Shown here in pieces: positions 56,591 through 64,000 of a stretch of DNA of 64,000 nt. The position numbers were made by a program, and so were the translations under genes. The notes under the pieces are model-generated. The model searched no databases. It had not been told where the DNA came from and saw only the letters and a list, made by a program, of their open reading frames with translations. Location of the stretch: positions 548,637 through 612,636 of the forward strand of contig OZ244961.1 in NCBI GenBank assembly GCA_965222715.1, given 5' to 3'. Position 1 is the first letter of the stretch; every line of letters starts with the position of its first letter. The stretch comes from Minisyncoccota bacterium. GTDB lineage: Bacteria; Patescibacteriota; Minisyncoccia; Phycocordibacterales; JABMNX01.

Positions 56591-57805
56591 TTATTTTAAA
56601 CGAATGGTTACCGCTCGTTGCTTTCCTATTTTATAAGTAGATGATTCTACTACTTCATCTGTATTGGTTATTTTTGTATCACTACTAATATTTCTAATTG
56701 CACCGCTTGTGAGTAAGCGTGTGTATTCATTTCCTGAAGATACTATTCCTTCCCGTAACAACACCTCTTTGAGTAATTCCCCACCTTGGGCAGATAGTGT
56801 CGGCGCATCAATAACCTCGCCTTGCTGTACGGTCTTTTTAAAATACTCTTCCGCACTTTGCGCTTCTTTTTTTGTGTGATACATACGTACAATTTCTCGG
56901 GCAAGCTCCATTTTAAGATCACGTGGATTATCTCCCTTTGTGAGTGACTGCTCTATTTCCCTTATTCGACTTAGTGGTATACGAGTACAATTAATACTGT
57001 ACGGCACGATGAGTTCGTCAGGTATTCTCATTACTTTTCCATACATATCAGATGGAGTATCAAGTATGTTTATCGTATTTCCCCAACTTGAACTCATTTT
57101 CCTTCCATCGGTACCAAGAATAAGTTCTGTAGTGAGCACATCTTGTGGTTTTTGTTTGTAGCGCTCTTGAAGTGTGCGACCAGCAAGCACATTAAACCAC
57201 TGATCACTTCCACCAATTTCAACATCAGCCCGTACCGCAACACTGTCATACCCCTGCATTAAAGGATAGAGCATTTCTCTCAGTGAGACACGCTTACCTG
57301 AATCAAGTCGTTTTTTAATATTTTCTCGTGCAATAAAGTCTGCGACTGAGAATGCGTCAGCATGTTCGCCAATGTCGTTATAAGAAAGTTTGAGTAACCA
57401 CTCAGAGTTATAGTGTTTTTCAACCCTAGACATATCAAGTAGTTTTCCTGCTTGGGTAAAATATGTTTTTGCGTTCTCTACAACCTCTTTTTTAGTAAGT
57501 AGTGGACGTTCGCTTGTTTTATCAGAGGTGTCCCCAACCACACCGGTTGCATCACCAACAATAAGTACAATTTGGTGTCCAAGTTTTTGGAAATCAGCAA
57601 GCTTAAGGAGTGTGACTGCGCGCCCAATATGGAGGTGTGGGCTTGTTGGATCGATACCAAGTTTAATGCGTAACCTACTGCCAGAAAGAAGGGCTTTTTT
57701 AAGGTGCTGAGTATCAACACTATCAACTACCCCACGGGTTAATAGCTCTTCTATTTTTTGAGGGTTAGTATCAACCTTTTTTCTTCCCAAGATTCGTCTA
57801 ATCAT
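56591..57805 (-). CDS. tyrS: Tyrosyl-tRNA synthetase
   Basis: KLGIDPTSPHLHIG, YPLMQGYD, GGSDQ, KMSSS, S4-like C-terminus. Confidence 0.97.
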   Translation of the reverse strand: MIRRILGRKKVDTNPQKIEELLTRGVVDSVDTQHLKKALLSGSRLRIKLGIDPTSPHLHIGRAVTLLKLADFQKLGHQIVLIVGDATGVVGDTSDKTSERPLLTKKEVVENAKTYFTQAGKLLDMSRVEKHYNSEWLLKLSYNDIGEHADAFSVADFIARENIKKRLDSGKRVSLREMLYPLMQGYDSVAVRADVEIGGSDQWFNVLAGRTLQERYKQKPQDVLTTELILGTDGRKMSSSWGNTINILDTPSDMYGKVMRIPDELIVPYSINCTRIPLSRIREIEQSLTKGDNPRDLKMELAREIVRMYHTKKEAQSAEEYFKKTVQQGEVIDAPTLSAQGGELLKEVLLREGIVSSGNEYTRLLTSGAIRNISSDTKITNTDEVVESSTYKIGKQRAVTIRLK

Positions 57806-57917
57806 ATATGCTACTGTAGCACAAAGAAACTGCTCTGTACTATAGTACTTTTAAGTACTGTGGCTTTATATAAGGAATATATGAAGTCTAGAGACTGTGC
57901 TACTATTAATTTCACCT

Positions 57918-60407
57918 ATGTCACGAACTACTCAGGCCAGAGACTATAGATCTCTTTTTGTTTTGTGTTTCGCCGTCGGATTACTTCTCTCCGGTATATT
58001 TGTCTTGTGGGCAGCAACACTAGAGATTCCTGATCTTGAGTCTTTTGAACAACGGAAAGTCGCCCAGTCAACAAAAATATATGACCGAACAGGAGAAGTG
58101 CTCCTTTTTGATCTCCATGAAGATGTACAACGAACAGTTATTCCCTTTGAAGAAATTTCTCGAAATATTAAAAATGCTACGGTGGCAATAGAAGATGCTG
58201 AATTTTACAAACACTATGGCATCCGTCCTCTTGCAACATTTCGTGCCGTATTTATACAACCACTTCGTGGTAAAGGGGTACAGGGTGGCTCAACAATAAC
58301 GCAACAAGTTGTTAAAAATTCGTTACTCACCAACGAGAGAAAAATCTCAAGGAAACTTAAAGAATGGGTACTTTCAGTAAAACTTGAACAAGAATTATCA
58401 AAAGAAGAAATACTTGCACTCTACTTGAATGAAACTCCATACGGGGGAAATATTTATGGAGTTGAGGAAGCAAGTGAATCTTTCTTTAATAAAAAAGCAT
58501 CAGATATAACCATAGCTGAAGCTGCTTACTTAGCTGCCCTACCTCAGGCACCAACGTTTTATTCTCCATATGGAAATAATCGCGAAAGACTTGAAGAGAG
58601 AAAAAACTTAGTACTTTCTCAAATGCTTCGCTATGGTTTTATTACGGAAGAAGAATATCAAGAAGCACAAGATGCGGAAGTGGTATTTGAGCCACGACAA
58701 GAAACAAGTATCAAGGCACCACACTTTGTATTTTTTATAGAAGAGTATCTTGAACAAACGTATGGGAAACGAGCTGTTGATGAACGAGGTTTTAAAGTAA
58801 TTACCACCCTTGATTACACTCTCCAAGAAAAAGCAGAAGAGATAGTGAATAGATTTGCACTTTCAAATGCTGAGAAATTTGATGCTGAAAACGCTTCATT
58901 AGTTGCTGTTGATCCAAAAACTGGGCAGATCCTCACCATGGTTGGTTCACGAGATTACTTTGATGAAGAAATTGATGGAAACTTTAATGCAACACTTGCA
59001 AAGAGACAACCTGGTTCTGCATTTAAGCCATTTGCATACGCTACAGCGCTTAAAAAGGGGTACACACCAGAAACAGTTGTATTTGATGTACGTACGCAGT
59101 TTTCAAGCACTTGTGACGTGGATAATTTTACTAGTGAAGAAGACTGTTACTCACCACAAAACTATGACAACACATTTCGTGGTCCAGTAACGTTTCGAGA
59201 TGCACTTGCACAATCAATTAACGTTCCGGCAGTAAAAGCTCTCTACCTTGCTGGGTTGGTTGATTCTCTACAAACAGCGCGCGATTTAGGTATTACTACT
59301 TTAACTGATATTGCGCGTTATGGGCTTACACTTGTGCTTGGTGGAGGAGAAGTCACTCTACTTGATATTACGAGCGCATATAGTGTATTCGCAAATGACG
59401 GTATAAAACACGACTATACCGGTATCCTCCGTATTGAAGATAGTAATGGTGTTGTGGTTGAAGAGTACCAACAACGAGAGGCTCGAGTACTTGATCAACA
59501 AATAGCTCGACAGGTCTCCGATATGCTTTCAGATAATGATGCGCGTGCACCAGCTTTTGGTTTTAATTCTCCTCTTTATTTTAATGGATTTGATGTAGCT
59601 GCAAAAACAGGAACAACAAACGATTATCGTGATGCTTGGATTATTGGCTACTCTCCTACTATTTCAGTGGGGGCATGGGCAGGAAATAATGATAACCGTT
59701 CTATGGATAAACAGGTTGCAGGATTTATTATTGCACCATTGTGGAATGAGTTTATGAGAGAAGCACTTCTGTATATACCAAGTGAATCATTTAAAGAGCC
59801 AACGTATGAGTATACAGAGGAACTAAAGCCAGTGTTAAAAGGTGAATGGCGAGGGAGTCAACAATATATAGTTGATACAATATCTGGTGGACTTGCAACA
59901 GAATTTACACCACCAGAAACACGAGAAGAGCGTGTAGTGACTGATGTACACTCAATACTTTATTGGGTAGATAAACGTGATCCGCGTGGAGAAATACCTG
60001 AAAATAAGGAGGCGGATCCACAATTTAGATTATGGGAATATCCTGTTCGTGAATGGGTAAAAAATAACAATATTATTGAAGGTGGTGCAATACCAAATTT
60101 TACAGACACGATACATACACCACAAACAAAACCAACAATACGTTTCACTAATTCACTACAAGAAAGGTATAGTATTAACTCTCCCATTACTATTTCAGTA
60201 GATTACACACATAGCTACCCTATACAAAAAGTAGATTATTTTATAAATGGTACATTTCTACAGTCTTCAGTTAATCAACCATTCTCGCTTACCTTTAGTC
60301 CTCATACACTAGAAAACATAAAAGCTAATAATTCTATTAAAGCGGTTATATATGACTCAGTATTTAACAGAAGTAGTGTAGAAGGTGAGTTTTCTATCAC
60401 CTTCTAA
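57918..60407 (+). CDS. Class A penicillin-binding protein (PBP1A)
   Basis: EDAEFYKH, GGSTITQQ, RKLKE, SAFK, SIN, KTG. Confidence 0.95.
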   Translation: MSRTTQARDYRSLFVLCFAVGLLLSGIFVLWAATLEIPDLESFEQRKVAQSTKIYDRTGEVLLFDLHEDVQRTVIPFEEISRNIKNATVAIEDAEFYKHYGIRPLATFRAVFIQPLRGKGVQGGSTITQQVVKNSLLTNERKISRKLKEWVLSVKLEQELSKEEILALYLNETPYGGNIYGVEEASESFFNKKASDITIAEAAYLAALPQAPTFYSPYGNNRERLEERKNLVLSQMLRYGFITEEEYQEAQDAEVVFEPRQETSIKAPHFVFFIEEYLEQTYGKRAVDERGFKVITTLDYTLQEKAEEIVNRFALSNAEKFDAENASLVAVDPKTGQILTMVGSRDYFDEEIDGNFNATLAKRQPGSAFKPFAYATALKKGYTPETVVFDVRTQFSSTCDVDNFTSEEDCYSPQNYDNTFRGPVTFRDALAQSINVPAVKALYLAGLVDSLQTARDLGITTLTDIARYGLTLVLGGGEVTLLDITSAYSVFANDGIKHDYTGILRIEDSNGVVVEEYQQREARVLDQQIARQVSDMLSDNDARAPAFGFNSPLYFNGFDVAAKTGTTNDYRDAWIIGYSPTISVGAWAGNNDNRSMDKQVAGFIIAPLWNEFMREALLYIPSESFKEPTYEYTEELKPVLKGEWRGSQQYIVDTISGGLATEFTPPETREERVVTDVHSILYWVDKRDPRGEIPENKEADPQFRLWEYPVREWVKNNNIIEGGAIPNFTDTIHTPQTKPTIRFTNSLQERYSINSPITISVDYTHSYPIQKVDYFINGTFLQSSVNQPFSLTFSPHTLENIKANNSIKAVIYDSVFNRSSVEGEFSITF

Positions 60408-60667
60408 CGTATATCTTTTATAATATTTGATTTAAGTTCTTTATTAAGTTTAGTTATAAATTCATTCTTTTGCATAAATATTTCATTTTTTATAATACTT
60501 TTTGTCTTTAAAAAAATAGTGTTATTACTGTAAAAAATTTCATCTCCTGAGATTAATATACCTTTTTGTGAAGCAATAATAATAAATGCTTCTCGAATAG
60601 ATTTTTGTGTTGGTTTTAAATGGGTAAATTTTTCTAAATACTTTGAAAGAAGATCCATATAAAACAA
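60404..60667 (-). CDS. Small conserved protein downstream of dnaN (DciA/DUF721-like, tentative)
   Basis: Position; K.EIFM.K..F...LN.....IIKDIR C-terminus. Confidence 0.45.
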   Translation of the reverse strand: MFYMDLLSKYLEKFTHLKPTQKSIREAFIIIASQKGILISGDEIFYSNNTIFLKTKSIIKNEIFMQKNEFITKLNKELKSNIIKDIR

Positions 60668-61771
60668 CTATTTATTCATTGGCATCACTAAGTACGTAAA
60701 ACTCTCATCAGAAACACCTTTAATAAGAAGTGGTTTACCAACACCAGTAAAGAAAAGTGAAACACTATCTGAATGTATTGAACTAAGACAATCGTATATA
60801 TATTTATAATTAAATTTCATCTCAATAGATTCACCCTTTATAGCAGCATCAATTGAATCATGAGTCTCGCCTACATGTGTATTATATGCACTCACGGTAA
60901 GATTTTTCTTTTTAGGATCAAGATGAACTGAAATTTGGCCAAATGTATCAGAAAATACATTTATTTTTTTAAATAAATTAAGTAAATCTTGTTTTAATAC
61001 TATTGCTTCAGAAATATGTTCTTTAGGAATAATTTGCTTATAATCAGGAAATATCCCATCAATTACTCGTGATGTTATATACACACCATCACATTCAAAT
61101 GAAATTTGATTATTATCAACCTTTACATACACTTCAGTGTTCTGTATTTGCTGCAACACACGGATAACTTCAACAGCATTTCGTAATGGTAATAAAAACG
61201 AATGTTCAAGTACCCCTTTTTGTTTTACATTAATTTTTTTCTCAGCAAGACGAAATGAGTCTGTTGCAACAAAAAATATTTTTTTATCTTCTTCATACAC
61301 ATAGACACTTGATAATTCAGGTTTAATAGTTGAAGTTGATGCACTATACACAACAGACTGAACACCTTCTATTATATTTTCAGATTGAAGTGTGTATACA
61401 TCATCAGTTTTAACAGAAGGGAGTGAAGGAAAATCCTCATATTCGTGTGTATGAATTGTACTAGTACTATGTTTTGTTTGTATAGTAAGTGTATTTTTCT
61501 TTACTTCAAATGTAATAAGAGAATCTTGTGTATTTTGAATAGTGTTATATAAAACATGTGCAGGCACAGCAATAACACCATCTTCTTCAGTATGTATTGG
61601 TAATACTATCTCTATCCCTATTTCAAGATTTGTTGATCGAATAGTAAGAGAGTTTTTCTTTACTACTAATAACACACAACTAAGTACAGGTAATGTTTTA
61701 TTTGTTCCAGCAATTTTTTCCGTTACTGACAGTGCTTGAAGTATTTTTCCTTTTTCACATTCGAATTTCAT
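60668..61771 (-). CDS. dnaN: DNA polymerase III beta clamp
   Basis: STNLEIG, ATDSFRLAE, FPDYKQII, YLVMPM. Confidence 0.97.
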   Translation of the reverse strand: MKFECEKGKILQALSVTEKIAGTNKTLPVLSCVLLVVKKNSLTIRSTNLEIGIEIVLPIHTEEDGVIAVPAHVLYNTIQNTQDSLITFEVKKNTLTIQTKHSTSTIHTHEYEDFPSLPSVKTDDVYTLQSENIIEGVQSVVYSASTSTIKPELSSVYVYEEDKKIFFVATDSFRLAEKKINVKQKGVLEHSFLLPLRNAVEVIRVLQQIQNTEVYVKVDNNQISFECDGVYITSRVIDGIFPDYKQIIPKEHISEAIVLKQDLLNLFKKINVFSDTFGQISVHLDPKKKNLTVSAYNTHVGETHDSIDAAIKGESIEMKFNYKYIYDCLSSIHSDSVSLFFTGVGKPLLIKGVSDESFTYLVMPMNK

Positions 61772-61998
61772 ATTCTATATTTAAAATAAATTACTATTAT
61801 TATCTCTGTTGAAAAGTAGAAAACATATAAAAACCCTTATATAGAGAGGTATTTTCTATATTCATATTTCTAATAACTTGTGAATAAATTTTAATTATAT
61901 GTATAAAACTTTTTACATATAAAAGAATACTATTTTTTATACTATTCTTATTACTATTTTTTATACATATAACTAACATATAATTCACAAGATATTTC
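61772..61998. promoter_or_regulatory. Probable oriC segment (dnaA-dnaN intergenic)
   Basis: Very AT-rich; consensus DnaA box TGTGAATAA at 61879-61887 plus degenerate boxes. Confidence 0.65.
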
Positions 61999-63351
61999 TT
62001 ACAATAATGAACGTATTTGTTCTATTTCTTGTGTAAGAATTGTATCTTTTTTAATATCTTTTTTAATTTTTTCACATGAATGTATAACAGTAGTGTGATC
62101 TCTTCCACCTAATTTTTCTCCAATACTTGGGTACGACACACCATAATCTTCTCTAAGGATATACATAACCAATTGTCGTGGTTTTACAATTTCTTTTTTA
62201 CGCGTTTTCTCATAAATACTTTCTTCACTAATTTCGTAAAAATCAGCTATTTTTTTTATCACTTCTTTTGCAGAGATAGACTTTTTAGGTTTTGAACTAT
62301 TTTTTATAATGCCACGTATTTCAGATTGATTTGGCACTCTACCTTTAACTTGTGATTGAAAAATTATTGAATTCAATATTCCTTCTAGTTCTCGTATATT
62401 TCCCTGTACTTCATGAGAGATATACTCAATTGTTTCATCAGGAAGGGTGAAGTTATTTTGTGCTGCTTTTGCTTTAAGTATTGCAATCCTCGACTCATGA
62501 TCTGGTTCAGGTATATCAACAATCATTCCTGCGTTAAAGCGTGATTTTAAACGATCTTCAAGTCCTGGTATGTAATTTGGATGTTTGTCGGATGAAAATA
62601 TAATCTGTTTATTGTTGTCATATAGCGCATTAAAGAGGTGAAAAAGCTCTTCCTGTGTCTTTTCTTTATCTGAAAGAAACTGTATATCATCCATAATTAA
62701 CACGTCGTACTGACGATATTTTTCTTTAAAGGTGTTTGCCTTCCCCTCTTGTACTGCATTTAAGTAATCAACTGCAAACCGTTCAGAGGTTACGTAGAAT
62801 ATTTTTTTATTTTGATTTATTTTCTTTATATAGTTACCAACTGATTGAATTAAGTGTGTTTTTCCGTGTCCAGTTGACCCATATACAAAAAGTGGATTGT
62901 ACACAATACCCGGTTTTTCAGTAATAACCTGTGCTGCAGCGTGAGCGAGTTGGTTAAAAGGACCAACTATAAATGTATCGAAGGTATATCGAGGATTAAG
63001 ATTGTCACTTTTATTAATATAAAAATTATCAAGCGGTAATTCACTCACTGTATGTGTAGGAAAAGTTTTTTCTTGACCTCCCACCCTTCCGTTTGGAGAT
63101 TTTTGGTCTTTAGAAATAGTGTATTCAAGGCCACGAACGTCACTTGAGAATTTTCTAAGTGTTTTGAGTATAAATTTATGGTATTTAGTACTTAACCAGT
63201 CTTTTACAAACTGATTAGGTACTCCAAGGTACACCACACCCCCGTCAACTTTCTGTATTGCAGTGTTTTTAAACCACGTACTGAAATTAGCTTTTGAGAT
63301 ACTCAGTTCGATATCAACAAGTGCATTTTCCCAGAGTTGTTTCGTGTCCAC
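61999..63351 (-). CDS. dnaA: Chromosomal replication initiator DnaA
   Basis: YTFDTF, NPLFVYGSTGHGKTHL, DDIQF, GGRDHTTVIHS. Confidence 0.98.
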   Translation of the reverse strand: MDTKQLWENALVDIELSISKANFSTWFKNTAIQKVDGGVVYLGVPNQFVKDWLSTKYHKFILKTLRKFSSDVRGLEYTISKDQKSPNGRVGGQEKTFPTHTVSELPLDNFYINKSDNLNPRYTFDTFIVGPFNQLAHAAAQVITEKPGIVYNPLFVYGSTGHGKTHLIQSVGNYIKKINQNKKIFYVTSERFAVDYLNAVQEGKANTFKEKYRQYDVLIMDDIQFLSDKEKTQEELFHLFNALYDNNKQIIFSSDKHPNYIPGLEDRLKSRFNAGMIVDIPEPDHESRIAILKAKAAQNNFTLPDETIEYISHEVQGNIRELEGILNSIIFQSQVKGRVPNQSEIRGIIKNSSKPKKSISAKEVIKKIADFYEISEESIYEKTRKKEIVKPRQLVMYILREDYGVSYPSIGEKLGGRDHTTVIHSCEKIKKDIKKDTILTQEIEQIRSLL

Positions 63352-63538
63352 AGTTACAAAAGTTATAGCTTTAAAATAGTGATACTTATTATATAGAAGT
63401 ACTGAGATGTGGAAACTTGTCGAAAATTATAAATTATGTTAATAAATTGTTCATAACTTGTTGATTAATCTAGAGTTTGTATCCCTCTTGCAAACTCTAA
63501 AAAAGTATCGTACACTAACCCCTCATAGCTTACTATCT

Positions 63539-63673
63539 ATGTCTCAAACATATAATCCTAAAAAGAAGAAGCGCAAAAAGACACACGGTTTTTTGGTTCG
63601 CCAACAAACTACAGGTGGGAAAAATACTGTAAAACGTCGCCGGCAGAAAGGCCGGGCACGCCTTTCAGTGTAG
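63539..63673 (+). CDS. rpmH: 50S ribosomal protein L34
   Basis: TYNPKKKKRKKTHGFLVR..T.GGK..VKRRRQKGRARL. Confidence 0.95.
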   Translation: MSQTYNPKKKKRKKTHGFLVRQQTTGGKNTVKRRRQKGRARLSV

Positions 63674-63691
63674 TTTCTAGCATGAATTTTC

Positions 63692-64000
63692 ATGAAAGAA
63701 AAAACGAAACAATTATTTAAAGCCGTCAATACTCTTGGCGGCTTGTTTCGTGAGAAGCACATAACCCTTAAAGCAATCCCCTCTTCTTTACACACAAAAG
63801 AAAGAAAAGGAGACGTACGAGTAGTGGTATCTAAAAAAGTAGTTACATCAGCTGTATCACGTAATACTATAAAACGACGTGTTAAAGACATTATAGAGCG
63901 GGTAGCCCCTAAACTACATGGCGTTGTATATGTAAAAAAAGGTATAGAAGAGCTCTCCCAAAAAGAACTTACTGAAGAAATTGTTTCTACTATAGGTCAA
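63692..64000 (+). CDS. rnpA: RNase P protein component (runs off window end)
   Basis: Manual translation ...VVVSKKVVTSAVSRNTIKRRVK (RNR motif variant); follows rpmH. Confidence 0.85.
   Translation, partial: MKEKTKQLFKAVNTLGGLFREKHITLKAIPSSLHTKERKGDVRVVVSKKVVTSAVSRNTIKRRVKDIIERVAPKLHGVVYVKKGIEELSQKELTEEIVSTIGQ

Noticed and set aside
1-64000. CRISPR array, integrase, transposase, prophage, rRNA
   Set aside because: No regularly spaced repeat-spacer array and no ORF with recognisable recombinase, transposase or phage structural motifs was seen.

Overview
64-kb chromosomal segment of a Patescibacteria (CPR) bacterium, most likely Parcubacteria. The evidence is the CPR-style gene content and order, rplK with no rplA behind it, a pilMNO-like block and mostly leaderless-looking core genes. 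The window ends at the probable replication origin (rnpA-rpmH-dnaA-dnaN). It contains housekeeping genes (argS, thyA, folA, rplK, nusG, secE, rplS, rpsT, uppS, ruvABC, ruvX, polA, tyrS, PBP1A, murE-like) and seven tRNAs. Accessory content comprises a ~10-kb enzyme cluster between tRNA-His and tRNA-Leu (PduO, split and fused rhodanese/2OG-Fe(II) oxygenase paralogs, ABC importer, B12-radical SAM, two PaaK-like ligases), an AT-rich block (Gly/Asp/Cys-rich secreted peptide, DsbA, rhodanese, PRTase-beta-propeller fusion, AMMECR1 fusion) and an LpxC-like gene. The most striking signal is non-coding. Almost every tRNA, and the 3' end of rplK, is followed by the same architecture: host 3' end, hairpin, inverted copy of that 3' end, two-hairpin core, direct copy of the 3' end. 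The core shares sequence motifs across the His, Lys, Arg(TCT) and Arg(GCG) loci while the flanking arms are target-specific. This looks like an undescribed family of small structured elements or RNAs. All calls come from reading the sequence by eye; no database searches were run.
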